This document shows positions 40,816 to 50,338 of a stretch of DNA of 61,530 nucleotides, in pieces. Position 1 is the first letter of the stretch; each line of letters begins with the position of its first letter. The translations under genes were made by a program, and so were the position numbers. The stretch is taken from the IMG/VR virus record IMGVR_UViG_3300025124_000003. The stretch is one strand, 5' to 3'. Origin of the DNA: an uncultured virus (IMG/VR IMGVR_UViG_3300025124_000003) (Duplodnaviria; Heunggongvirae; Uroviricota; Caudoviricetes). The notes beneath the pieces were generated by a model, which was not told the origin of the DNA, ran no database searches, and was given only the letters and a program-made list of their open reading frames with translations.

Positions 40816-40835
40816 TTTTCACACCACCTATCCTT

Positions 40836-41108
40836 CTATATAGAAAATTTATTTGATTCATTTCCGGTTAACACTTTTGCAACTTTCGGATCATCTTTTA
40901 ATTTTGCAATATAAACTCTGTAATTTTCAATTGCTTGTTGTTTGGTTACTACATAGTCTGGTTTACCTGTTTCTTCACTGGCAACAGTTACTTCATTTTT
41001 TTCTGTATAACAAAATACACATTTGCATGCCTTGCTTCCGGTGTTCGGTTCCATTAAAACACTGAAATCTGGATGAAAATATTTATCACATTTTACGCAA
41101 CGGGGCAT
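40836..41108 (-). CDS. Small Cys-rich protein
   Basis: CVKC...CKCVFC. Confidence 0.5.
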   Translation of the reverse strand: MPRCVKCDKYFHPDFSVLMEPNTGSKACKCVFCYTEKNEVTVASEETGKPDYVVTKQQAIENYRVYIAKLKDDPKVAKVLTGNESNKFSI

Positions 41109-41144
41109 AAACGTTCTCCTGTTTTAACATATTTCTTTTATTTA

Positions 41145-41444
41145 TTAAAATTTGCTCAGTTCATGAAGAGATTTCTCAATGTTTGTACCAATTTCTGCCA
41201 TATTATTGTTAACGTCACGACAATATCGATCAATTCCTTCGCTTAATTTCTTCCCATCACTATAACAATTCAAGATTTCCATCTTAATTAAACCGCTGAT
41301 TGCCTCTTCTACTGCTAAATAGGCATCACTCACATTATCAGGGTCAACATCAACAACAGTTAATGTTACCGATGGTTTAATACTTTCGTAATTTCCCGTG
41401 TTTATAGTAAGCGTCCTTGTGACACTTAAGTTTACCTTTGCCAT
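41145..41444 (-). CDS. Hypothetical phage protein
   Basis: TINTGNYES motif; SD GAGGT. Confidence 0.55.
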   Translation of the reverse strand: MAKVNLSVTRTLTINTGNYESIKPSVTLTVVDVDPDNVSDAYLAVEEAISGLIKMEILNCYSDGKKLSEGIDRYCRDVNNNMAEIGTNIEKSLHELSKF

Positions 41445-41452
41445 ATACTACC

Positions 41453-42130
41453 TCACAATTTCATTTTTTCTATCTTTACTATACCTTTAAAGGGTTTTCT
41501 GTCACCAAAAAAGGAACGGAACGTTACCGCTGAACCAAGTCCAATTTCTTTACAAATATCCCTCTGGTCGGCATTTATGTATTCTCTCACACTTCCATCA
41601 TCAAAGTAAACAGAATACGAATATTTCATACCATCACTTATCAATGCTCTGTGTTCATTGGTTAATGGTTTACCCTTATGGGATTCACTCATCTTCCTTC
41701 TATGTTCTTCTGATAGAGATTTTCCATGATAGGCACCTATACATCCATACATGGAATTGTCTTCACCAGTAAACCTACCCTTCAACGAATCACTTATCCT
41801 CTTTTTAACCTCATCGGTATGTTCTGCATTAAGACCACCACCAACGGTTCTATTGTATAAGGTATATCCATCAGACACATATCGTCTTATTATAAAATCC
41901 TCACAATAATTCAGGTCATCAATATTAGAACACTCACAAACTATTTCCCACAACAACTCTTCGTCTGAATACTTCTGTATGACAGGATACAACGTGCCAT
42001 TCTTAAACCTTCTATGTTGACTATACCTCTGGCGTAGTGGTCTGGTGGTCTGACCCACATATAGTTTACCATTGGTCAAGTTAGTGACCCTGTAAATTAT
42101 ACCTGTATGTTCATAGTCAAAGATATCCAT
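41453..42130 (-). CDS. GIY-YIG homing endonuclease (Seg-like) with NUMOD3 repeats
   Basis: GIIYRVTN..NGKLYVGQT, YN..GG, HTDEVKKRIS, SEEHRRKMSESHKGK. Confidence 0.9.
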   Translation of the reverse strand: MDIFDYEHTGIIYRVTNLTNGKLYVGQTTRPLRQRYSQHRRFKNGTLYPVIQKYSDEELLWEIVCECSNIDDLNYCEDFIIRRYVSDGYTLYNRTVGGGLNAEHTDEVKKRISDSLKGRFTGEDNSMYGCIGAYHGKSLSEEHRRKMSESHKGKPLTNEHRALISDGMKYSYSVYFDDGSVREYINADQRDICKEIGLGSAVTFRSFFGDRKPFKGIVKIEKMKL

Positions 42131-42138
42131 ACCTGTAT

Positions 42139-42711
42139 TTATACATAGTTCCTTTTCTTACCGTGTTTATAGTCAATCAACTCATCAGGGGCGGTTATAC
42201 CTTCGCCATTTAATAAATCATCCTTTTCTAAATTTAATTTCACTTTCTTTGGTCTCCAACCCACTACATCAACCCCGAAATTGTAATATGGGTCACCGTA
42301 ATCATGTTTATGGGAATGACCATGTAGATTATATCGTACTCCAAGGGCAGTCAAATACTCGGCTTCTTGGGGTCTGTGACTGAAACAGTACATACCCATT
42401 GACCACCTGTGTTTGAATACACGTGTAAATCCTACATCCAAGAACCATTGTTTTCCTTTACGGTCATGGTTACCCATAATGAGAATCTTCGTTCCATTCA
42501 ATTGTTGGGTAATTTCGGTAATTTGTTCTTTCGTACCACCACAGATATAGTCACCCAAATGGATAACAATATCATTAGGTGTTACTACACTATTCCACTC
42601 TTCAATACCAAACTGGTGCATTTCATCCAAATTAGCAAAGGTTCGGTTGCAATACTTGATAATATTCGTGTGGAATAGATGATGATCAGAACTAAAAAAA
42701 CACTCAACCAT
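42139..42711 (-). CDS. Metallophosphoesterase
   Basis: SDHH..H, HLGD, GNHD, SH, HGHSH. Confidence 0.9.
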   Translation of the reverse strand: MVECFFSSDHHLFHTNIIKYCNRTFANLDEMHQFGIEEWNSVVTPNDIVIHLGDYICGGTKEQITEITQQLNGTKILIMGNHDRKGKQWFLDVGFTRVFKHRWSMGMYCFSHRPQEAEYLTALGVRYNLHGHSHKHDYGDPYYNFGVDVVGWRPKKVKLNLEKDDLLNGEGITAPDELIDYKHGKKRNYV

Positions 42712-42769
42712 GATTTTTATATACCCTATCTTTAGAGTAATGACCCAAAGAACACTCCATTCTCTTTAG

Positions 42770-42985
42770 TTATTTTTTTCCAATCTTACCAACAACTTGT
42801 GCTTTGGAACACAGAAGAATGTCCAGAAGGTTACGATAGGAACGGGCGAATGCTTCTTGATCGTTTGCCTCGGATTCGGAAATCTTGTCACGCAGTTCTT
42901 GCTCAGTCTCACGGTGACGTTTAATGTCAGCCTTGAGTCCTTTCGTTTCTTCGAAAAAATATCTCCGTTTCATAACTTCCTCCAA
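42770..42985 (-). CDS. Small hypothetical protein
   Basis: ORF with SD GGAGG. Confidence 0.5.
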   Translation of the reverse strand: MEEVMKRRYFFEETKGLKADIKRHRETEQELRDKISESEANDQEAFARSYRNLLDILLCSKAQVVGKIGKK

Positions 42986-43057
42986 TAAAAAAGCCGTGAT
43001 AGAACCTCATTACAAGGAATTGTACCACGGCATTTATGTCAACGTCAAGGGTAAAAT

Positions 43058-43588
43058 TTAGTATTCGATAAAAGGTCCAACCACCATCAATTTTTTTAAG
43101 ATGTTCCCACTATGAACTTCAACGTCATGATATTCATCAGCGGGTTTCATTTTAGGTATAAAGGTTTCCATAAAATAAGGAAATTCTTTGGCATACATAC
43201 CAAATTTTTCTTGGCTATCATGCATTGTCATAGTGACGTTAACAATACGATCAGCAAGTTTTACCAACCTTGCATAATGATCTTCTGCCAATAAGGGATA
43301 TGTTAGTCCTTGCCGTTCCTTACGATTCTTTCCCTGTTTATCGGTCAACAGATAAGTTAGATTTGCTATTTGAGTACCAAACTCACCTTCTATGTCCTCA
43401 AAAACAACCATTGTATCCTCAATGGTGTCATGTAACCATGCTACCATGAGAACCTTTTCATCAAAGACTCCAAATGTCACCAAAACGTTGTAAACATCAT
43501 TCAAATGTTTAGAGTAGGGATAGTTTTTCCCGTATGTATCGCCCTCATGAGCCTTTAATGCGAATTTTTTTGCCCTAAGTACCATCAT
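43058..43588 (-). CDS. Mesh1/SpoT-type HD hydrolase
   Basis: AH....PY..HL, WLHDTIEDT, LTD, VKLADR. Confidence 0.85.
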   Translation of the reverse strand: MMVLRAKKFALKAHEGDTYGKNYPYSKHLNDVYNVLVTFGVFDEKVLMVAWLHDTIEDTMVVFEDIEGEFGTQIANLTYLLTDKQGKNRKERQGLTYPLLAEDHYARLVKLADRIVNVTMTMHDSQEKFGMYAKEFPYFMETFIPKMKPADEYHDVEVHSGNILKKLMVVGPFIEY

Positions 43589-43632
43589 AGACTCCTCTAT
43601 CCCGACCTCAACTAAATAGTATCACAAAAACC

Positions 43633-43848
43633 TTAAACAATCAAGGTCGATTCTTTATCGGATAACGATTTTACTGCATCGGATTCTTCAATACTGGTAC
43701 CACAATTCATACAAATATAAGTACTTCCTACAGGAGCAATCCCCGCTTTACCTGTCTGACTAACCACAGCTGACACCTTAGCAAACATGATAATCTCGTT
43801 CCATGCCTCACTCTCACAGTTACCACATTTTACCATTTCTGGTTCCAT
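43633..43848 (-). CDS. Small Zn-ribbon protein
   Basis: CGNC...CMNCG. Confidence 0.6.
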   Translation of the reverse strand: MEPEMVKCGNCESEAWNEIIMFAKVSAVVSQTGKAGIAPVGSTYICMNCGTSIEESDAVKSLSDKESTLIV

Positions 43849-43994
43849 ACAAATTCTCCTTATTTTTATTTAAAATTTCCAAAACTCATGACTTGTCCAT
43901 TTTATTGGTATCAAACCATGCATACAATGAAAAATCATCAACATGAAGCAACGAAAAGATACTTTAAAATTGGCCCTCATGTGTTCAAAATAAT

Positions 43995-44720
43995 TCATTT
44001 TTCTTCCATTTTTAATTCTTCATCATAATCCAAACGAGTATGATATATCCCGTCCAGTTCTCGCGTCAATCTCTGCTGCACCTGTCTTAAAGTTCCAACC
44101 TTCATTTCATCTAATTGTTGATCATCCCTTAATCTATCAATTGTATCCTTGACAACTTTTTTCTTTGCTTCGGGTGTGATTAATTTATCAGCAACAGAAC
44201 GAGCGGTTGCCTCTACTGCATCAACAATCATTAGGATGGATGAATATTCGTTTGATGGTTTCTTACATCTATACCTGAAAGAATCTTCACTTTTACTTGA
44301 TGATTTTTTGAATATCGATTTCAACAAACAATCCCCGTGATGTTCTGATATAATTTCAAGAACATTTTTAGGCATATCAGTCTCATTGATTAATATTAAC
44401 AAACTATCTGATACATGTCGTGTTATTAACTGATATGAAATATGCGGTTCAAGATTATCATGAGGGTTTCCTTCACCATTTTGATTTTCGGTGAAATATT
44501 TAGGATTCATCATCTTACCAATATCATGATAGTATGCACACACTCTCATAAGGGTGGCATCTAGACCAAGATCAGATACAACTGATTCCGATAAATCAGC
44601 AATGTTCATTGAGTGCCTAAACGTCCCCGGTGCAGCACTTTTAAATTTATTTAACAATGGATGATCAGAGTCAAGATATTGTTTTAAATTTGATATATCT
44701 ATTTCTTGCTCATCAGACAT
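43995..44720 (-). CDS. Stand-alone PgpH-type HD (HDIG) phosphodiesterase domain
   Basis: HPLL...APGTFRHS, YYHDIGK..NPKYFTENQ, NPHD, HV, EHHG, FRY, DAVEA..RS; no TM segments. Confidence 0.85.
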   Translation of the reverse strand: MSDEQEIDISNLKQYLDSDHPLLNKFKSAAPGTFRHSMNIADLSESVVSDLGLDATLMRVCAYYHDIGKMMNPKYFTENQNGEGNPHDNLEPHISYQLITRHVSDSLLILINETDMPKNVLEIISEHHGDCLLKSIFKKSSSKSEDSFRYRCKKPSNEYSSILMIVDAVEATARSVADKLITPEAKKKVVKDTIDRLRDDQQLDEMKVGTLRQVQQRLTRELDGIYHTRLDYDEELKMEEK

Positions 44721-44877
44721 AAGTTCTCCTTTATATTAACACCACTAAAATTGAATAAATTTATCCTTTATTATAATAATAAAAGTATATTATAAGTAAA
44801 GGTGTTAACTTAATATAGACAAAAAATAGCTACACCCCCCACATCTGGTACAATGGGGGGTATGTGCTTTTTTGCAT

Positions 44878-45069
44878 TTAGTCGGATTTACGATAAAATA
44901 CGTGATAAAAGTCCTGCTCCACTTGAATTGTTATAACATCTTGAGATGAAACTCCTAATTGTCTAAGTTTATCATTAATTTCCCCGACAATAATGGGTGG
45001 TTTTCTTGAATTTCCTTGAGAATTAAAAACTGGAACACCAAATGCTGCAATTGACATACTACACCTCAC
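44878..45069 (-). CDS. Small late hypothetical protein
   Basis: ORF; TATAAATA at 45100-45107. Confidence 0.45.
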   Translation of the reverse strand: MRCSMSIAAFGVPVFNSQGNSRKPPIIVGEINDKLRQLGVSSQDVITIQVEQDFYHVFYRKSD

Positions 45070-45122
45070 ACTTTATTTTATTTTTGCTGCTTGTTCTTTT
45101 ATTTATATCTTTGAATAATGCA

Positions 45123-45314
45123 CTACACATCAATAAAAGGCTTACCACATTCAGGGCAAAAGTAAACAGTCTCACGTCTTAAATATCCACTCTCGTAAGT
45201 TCTTTCTGCTTTAATATCATTGGACAGAGTAAATAACTCACCGGAATCACCTTCAACCACTTTTAGGTTTTTACTATCCCAGCCATCTTTGTAGTCACAA
45301 TAAGGATATTTCAT
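45123..45314 (-). CDS. Small Zn-ribbon-like protein
   Basis: CPECG. Confidence 0.5.
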   Translation of the reverse strand: MKYPYCDYKDGWDSKNLKVVEGDSGELFTLSNDIKAERTYESGYLRRETVYFCPECGKPFIDV

Positions 45315-45491
45315 ATTATAAATCCCTTTCAGTTTGCCATTATATTGATTTAACCATAAAATATCATATCAACACTGTCTTGTCAAGTTTGCCATTTGCC
45401 AAGAGATTGACCTTTTCACACATATTACATCTGATTTAGTGTTTAGTGTCCCGAAGAATACCCCGGAAATAGGTGTTATAAATATTAATTG

Positions 45492-46010
45492 TAGGGAAGA
45501 CCTCTGGAACTCCTTAGATTTCTAGTCTCTTGACTTTAGTTTCTGGTTGTTCCAGAACCTTCTTAGCGAAGGTCACTGTAAGAACACCATCTTCAAACTT
45601 TGCTTGTGCAGTATCTGGATCATGAAAATCACCTAAATTATACTGCTTTGTGAAAGAACGTCTCGCAAACTTTCTGATGATGTACTTGTTGTCTGTCTCA
45701 TCGGTCAACTTCTCTGCCTTTACAGTCAGAACATTGTCCTCAACTTCTGCGACAACTTCTTCTTTTTTGAACCCAGCTAAAGCGAACTCAAAGTTCAATA
45801 CCTCATCCTTATCAACAAAAACGTTGCATACAGGATAACTATTTTGCTGAGTGAGGGGAGCCACGTTGCCAAATACGTGATCAAAAATCCTCTCAAAATC
45901 GTTAAACATGGACAATTGGTTAATTCGTCCTACTGGCATAAGGTCTTTTCTCATAATAAGCACCTCCATCTCCTTTAGATTTAAGCGAGATTCGGCAGAG
46001 GTCTTCCCTA
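45492..46010. repeat. 15-bp inverted repeat bracketing hsp20
   Basis: TAGGGAAGACCTCTG at 45492-45506 and CAGAGGTCTTCCCTA at 45996-46010. Confidence 0.85.
45514..45954 (-). CDS. Small heat-shock protein Hsp20
   Basis: YP.CN, EFALAGF, RSF...Y.L, AKFEDGVLTV, terminal LEI; TATAAATA at 46015-46022. Confidence 0.92.
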   Translation of the reverse strand: MRKDLMPVGRINQLSMFNDFERIFDHVFGNVAPLTQQNSYPVCNVFVDKDEVLNFEFALAGFKKEEVVAEVEDNVLTVKAEKLTDETDNKYIIRKFARRSFTKQYNLGDFHDPDTAQAKFEDGVLTVTFAKKVLEQPETKVKRLEI

Positions 46011-46048
46011 ACACTATTTATATCACAAAAACAAATTATTAATAAAAA

Positions 46049-46693
46049 TTAATCATTTTTTTTTTTCATATTTTCCGCATATCTTCCAGCCATCATTGCA
46101 TTAGAACCCGAACTAAACCCCAATCCTTCATATAATTCAATTCCTTCGAATATCAAAGGTCTACCGTTAACACGTGATGTGTAAAATGGTGAATCATATC
46201 CAACTTTACCTCTATTAAATATCATCTTTTGTCCTATTTTTGTGTCATTATTAGGACAATTATTAGTACCAACCAAATAAGCTTTATCTTTGTTCTGGAT
46301 TGACCCTTTTGGTACAAACAGAATAGTATCTTGTTCATACTTTTTACCAAGACGAATCAAGTCATTCTCAAGAGTACCTTTATTGTCAAAATCGACCACA
46401 AAGAATGATATCTCCTTTGTAGAAACACCACCCTCAAGATAAGACCCGACAAGTTTTGTGGCACCTTTATACCCCATTTTTATGAGGTCTGCCATGAGTG
46501 CCTTATTTCTCTTGTCATTTTCTTTTCTTGTTATCCTCACAGGCGGTTTATCGGGGTAACATGGTTGTTTGTTATCCATATATCCACAATTAGTGTATAA
46601 CCTAAACGCAGTAATTCCACCACAATCGTGTTCTTCATTATGTTTCCATAATCTACTCAATGAACTCTCTATCAGATATTCTCTAATTCCCAT
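46049..46693 (-). CDS. Hypothetical protein, paralog A
   Basis: MGIREYLIESSLSRLW, ITAFR, YEQD. Confidence 0.65.
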   Translation of the reverse strand: MGIREYLIESSLSRLWKHNEEHDCGGITAFRLYTNCGYMDNKQPCYPDKPPVRITRKENDKRNKALMADLIKMGYKGATKLVGSYLEGGVSTKEISFFVVDFDNKGTLENDLIRLGKKYEQDTILFVPKGSIQNKDKAYLVGTNNCPNNDTKIGQKMIFNRGKVGYDSPFYTSRVNGRPLIFEGIELYEGLGFSSGSNAMMAGRYAENMKKKND

Positions 46694-46712
46694 TGATTTG
46701 CCTATTGGTTTA

Positions 46713-47357
46713 TTATTCAACTTTTTGTTCAGAAAAATGTCTAACTGATCGCATTTCTGTCGGAGTGTGGTCAAGTATCGTTCTAATCCTATTCTGGATT
46801 GACTCAAACACGAAAGGTCTACCGTTAACTTTTGAATAAAACTCACCTTTCTTGCCGAACATTGACTTTCCTAGTTTATTCTCAACACCAATTCTACCGT
46901 TACCGGGATACCCATTAGGACATTCATTAGTAGAAATGATGTAGTATTCGCCAGATGACTTACTATAAGTAATGGAGTCTTGGTCGAACTCTGTACCTAA
47001 AGATATCAAATCATTTTTTAATGTTCCTTTGTCCTTCAAATCAATAACAAGAAATGATTCCTCTTTAACAGGTACTTCATTATCTGAACCATAATTCTCT
47101 ATATAAGTACCTTTAATCTTAGTGATACCATATCCCATTCTTTCTAGTCTGGATGCCAGAATATTGTTTCTCTTCTGTTTCTCGGATTTCGTATACTTCA
47201 CACCATCCCCACAATCTCTTGCGTCACGATATGCAGATATAGTACCAGAATCGTGTTCTTGGGTCTGTCTCCAAACCCTTGACAACGAAGATTCATTAAG
47301 TGCGTTAATATCACATCTTGCAAACTCTTCGCCTATTAAATGTTCTCTGATTCCCAT
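46713..47357 (-). CDS. Hypothetical protein, paralog B
   Basis: MGIREHL...ESSLSRVW, ISAYR, FDQD; clearly homologous to paralog A. Confidence 0.65.
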   Translation of the reverse strand: MGIREHLIGEEFARCDINALNESSLSRVWRQTQEHDSGTISAYRDARDCGDGVKYTKSEKQKRNNILASRLERMGYGITKIKGTYIENYGSDNEVPVKEESFLVIDLKDKGTLKNDLISLGTEFDQDSITYSKSSGEYYIISTNECPNGYPGNGRIGVENKLGKSMFGKKGEFYSKVNGRPFVFESIQNRIRTILDHTPTEMRSVRHFSEQKVE

Positions 47358-47379
47358 TATTCCCTATTTTCTCCCACCT

Positions 47380-47958
47380 TCATCGTTTTCTAATATCCAC
47401 TCTATTGAACCAACCACGAGCATACTTCTCCTGTTTGGGAGATTTTGTCATATATTCAATATAGTGATTACCTTGTAAAATATTTATTATCTTACATAGT
47501 AATTCTTCACTATCAGTTTGTAAATATGTATAAAGATATTTATGTGTTGTTGATCCATATCCACCATCAACAACCATATCTGGATACAGTTCGCCGTTTC
47601 TATTAAGAACGTTTAACCCGATTTGCATAAACTTTACCGCACGACCTACCCCCATGTTAACACTGGTATCAAACATCTCCAAAGCCAACATTTTAGGCAT
47701 ATCATCGCCACAATATGGGTCAAAGTACCTCTCTTTATAATACCGTTTAACATCTTCTTGTAAAGTTTCAGAAAATTCAAGACACTTTGGAAAATCGAAA
47801 TTGGATCTCACATAATCAATGTGATCCCAACCTATCCAAGATGGGTTGTATACCCTAGAAATTCCCTTATATGTCTCACCACCAACATCATCTTCATCAA
47901 ATGAGTATCCACCCTCATGTGACATTGTTATTGCATACGCATCCCAAAAGTAACTCAT
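47380..47958 (-). CDS. Endolysin, glycoside hydrolase family 108 with peptidoglycan-binding domain
   Basis: HEGGY..D..D.GGETYKGI, FDTSVNMG, GWFNRV; TATAAATA at 47986-47993. Confidence 0.9.
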   Translation of the reverse strand: MSYFWDAYAITMSHEGGYSFDEDDVGGETYKGISRVYNPSWIGWDHIDYVRSNFDFPKCLEFSETLQEDVKRYYKERYFDPYCGDDMPKMLALEMFDTSVNMGVGRAVKFMQIGLNVLNRNGELYPDMVVDGGYGSTTHKYLYTYLQTDSEELLCKIINILQGNHYIEYMTKSPKQEKYARGWFNRVDIRKR

Positions 47959-47993
47959 ATTCTACCTCCAATTACACATCGAAGGTATTTATA

Positions 47994-48257
47994 TTACTTT
48001 TTTGGTTTATGACAAAATTTACACTTATCTGGTAATAAGTTCGGGTCATGACACGACTGACAAAACGCATGAGTTCTTTCTGCGGCACCAAACCCACCCA
48101 TCATACCACCATGAGGGTTATGACAAGTCATACACCCCATTATTGACGTGTGAGGTTGATGTGGAAAATCCACAGGACCCCTTTTTGTCGATATTGTTGA
48201 GGAAAAACAAAACTCTGATATCAATACCAACAACAGAGTCATAATTATTTTTTTCAT
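47994..48257 (-). CDS. Triheme cytochrome c7 (PpcA-like)
   Basis: Signal peptide, GPVDFPHQPH, three CxxCH. Confidence 0.85.
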   Translation of the reverse strand: MKKIIMTLLLVLISEFCFSSTISTKRGPVDFPHQPHTSIMGCMTCHNPHGGMMGGFGAAERTHAFCQSCHDPNLLPDKCKFCHKPKK

Positions 48258-48553
48258 TTTTTATGGCATCCAGTACAAATAGTCGGGGCGGTCTTGGTTT
48301 TATCTGCCTTATGACAAACTTTACAAACCTTGTGACCAACATCCTTATTCATTCCAACTTCGGTGAACTGATTGACCCACTCATGACAGGCGTCACAACT
48401 GTCACCTTTCACTGAATGAGACAAGTGATTGAATGTAACTTCACCCTTGCTGGTCGGATAGACCTTGGTGAAATTTGGTGAACCTAATTCCGCATAAGCG
48501 AAGCTTGCACAGAACAACATTAAAACGATTAACAATACTTTTTTCATAAACAA
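48254..48553 (-). CDS. Triheme cytochrome c7 (PpcA-like)
   Basis: Signal peptide ending AYA, KGEVTFNH..H, CDACH, GHKVCKVCH, PTICTGCHKK. Confidence 0.9.
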   Translation of the reverse strand: MFMKKVLLIVLMLFCASFAYAELGSPNFTKVYPTSKGEVTFNHLSHSVKGDSCDACHEWVNQFTEVGMNKDVGHKVCKVCHKADKTKTAPTICTGCHKK

Positions 48554-48645
48554 ATCTCCTTTGTGTTAGTGTTACCTTTATTTAACACTGTTTGATACCC
48601 GATATCACTATACATCTACCTACATTTAGATAGTTATTTTATTTA

Positions 48646-48721
48646 TGGTGGGCCCTGCAGGATTCGAACCTACGACAACCCGGTTATGAGCCGGGGGTTC
48701 TACCAACTGAACTAAAGGCCC
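48646..48721 (-). tRNA. tRNA-Ile2/Met (CAT)
   Basis: Canonical cloverleaf GGGCCTT...CCA; GGGCC acceptor suggests Ile2. Confidence 0.9.
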
Positions 48722-48738
48722 GTAAATAATATTATGAA

Positions 48739-48945
48739 TTATTTTAATGCAACTCCAACCACCTTTTTAATAATTGATTTAAATCCGTCCCAATCGTTTT
48801 CTTTAATAAATAATTCCATTTTAATTATCTCTGCTTTGGTAGCTTTACCGTAAAACTTGACCATTTCCTCAAAACCGATATTACCGTGATAAGCAGCTTC
48901 ATTCATCTGATCTGGTGCTAAAATAAAATTTTGCAATTTTGACAT
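48739..48945 (-). CDS. Small hypothetical protein
   Basis: ORF with SD AGGAG; GNIGFEEM motif. Confidence 0.55.
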   Translation of the reverse strand: MSKLQNFILAPDQMNEAAYHGNIGFEEMVKFYGKATKAEIIKMELFIKENDWDGFKSIIKKVVGVALK

Positions 48946-49064
48946 ATATTTCTCCTGTTCTACGGATAAAGATTTACGTCAACACATCACGCTCGATATG
49001 TTTTAATAATTCCCTTGTACCATTCAGTGGTTGTGCGTTATAAACATTCATCACAATATTCACA

Positions 49065-49158
49065 TGGAGGAAGGTTACGGACTTGAACCGTATCCGTGGT
49101 ATCAGCACGAACTCATTGATTTCCAATCAAGACTAGTATCCTATCTAGTTAAACTTCC
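49065..49158 (-). tRNA. tRNA-Ser (GGA)
   Basis: Long variable arm, GGTTCAAGTCC T-arm, CCA. Confidence 0.85.
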
Positions 49159-49842
49159 TTAGATTGATTCTATACAATATGTACTGTAACATTTTTCACA
49201 GACGTAATGTTCTGTGATATACGGTTCCACTCCTGCGGTATACACCAAGAACCCATTCTTAAAAAACTCTTTCGTGTTCTCTTTATGAGGATTACAGTGA
49301 GGACAAGGACGTTCATACTTGCTAATGTATTTCGGGTGACCACTCTCTACCTCTTCGGTAGGATAGGTCTTCAAGCAACACCCACAACGATAACCATCGT
49401 GTTCTTCCTGCCAGTAAATATGACAAGGACAATCATCATCAGGACATACAAGACCTGTCTTGTGACCATCTTCAAGGTATTTGATTTGTGCTTTCATACC
49501 CTCATAACGGTCTTTCCTGACAATGAGGACATTATCTTTGTGTGCCCAACCATCAAAATGACCATCATGAATCTTGACATAATCCTCTGGACCATCAGGT
49601 AACACTTTATCCCATTCTCCATCAGTAGGCGCAGGCATCCAATGAGTTACGTCATCAGTCAGAAACCCCTTCTTACCGTAGAAACAGTCACCATATACAG
49701 GTTCAGTACCCTCTTCAAACATTTCCCTTGGATACTCTTTTCTTAAATATCTGCCTTTATAAACACCCAAAACATCGAAAAAATAGAACACATCTTGTCC
49801 ATCTTCGGGTTTCTGATCTTTAATGCGAATCCAATTATTCAT
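49159..49842 (-). CDS. DUF551-like protein with C-terminal Cys clusters
   Basis: WIRIKDQKPE...VTHWMP. Confidence 0.65.
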   Translation of the reverse strand: MNNWIRIKDQKPEDGQDVFYFFDVLGVYKGRYLRKEYPREMFEEGTEPVYGDCFYGKKGFLTDDVTHWMPAPTDGEWDKVLPDGPEDYVKIHDGHFDGWAHKDNVLIVRKDRYEGMKAQIKYLEDGHKTGLVCPDDDCPCHIYWQEEHDGYRCGCCLKTYPTEEVESGHPKYISKYERPCPHCNPHKENTKEFFKNGFLVYTAGVEPYITEHYVCEKCYSTYCIESI

Positions 49843-50239
49843 TAGCCTTTGCTTTCAGATCTGCAATAGTGTCTTCCAGACGTTTAAGTTCTGCGTCAAT
49901 CATTCGCTTCAATGCTTGCGCTTCACCTAAAGACAGTGCCGCATAATCATTGTAGGTCATTTCCTTCAATTTTTTACTTATCACGTGTTTGTCTCCCTAT
50001 ATCCCACGAATAGTGTTTCTCGTATTCATCAAAGAAATTGTATGGGTTTTTGTTACAATTTGACCTTTTTCTCCGAAACTTAAACATCATCATATCCTTC
50101 TTGACCTAAATCCTGTATCTGTTTTACGAGTTTATCAATCCGTTTCTGTTGATAATCCCATGCTTCACGACTTTCAGAATCCTTAAAGATTCCTACTTCG
50201 TCTGCCCATTCATCGTATGTCATAAGTTTCCTTTAATTT

Positions 50240-50312
50240 TGGTAGCGGTGAAGGGAATCAAACCCTTACTGAACACCTTATGAGAGTGTCATCAGTATCA
50301 ACTGTCACCGCT
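50240..50312 (-). tRNA. tRNA-Met (CAT), atypical D-arm
   Basis: Acceptor AGCGGTG/CACCGCT, loop CTCATAA, CCA. Confidence 0.7.
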
Positions 50313-50338
50313 TCAATTTCTATAACTATAATCTTATC

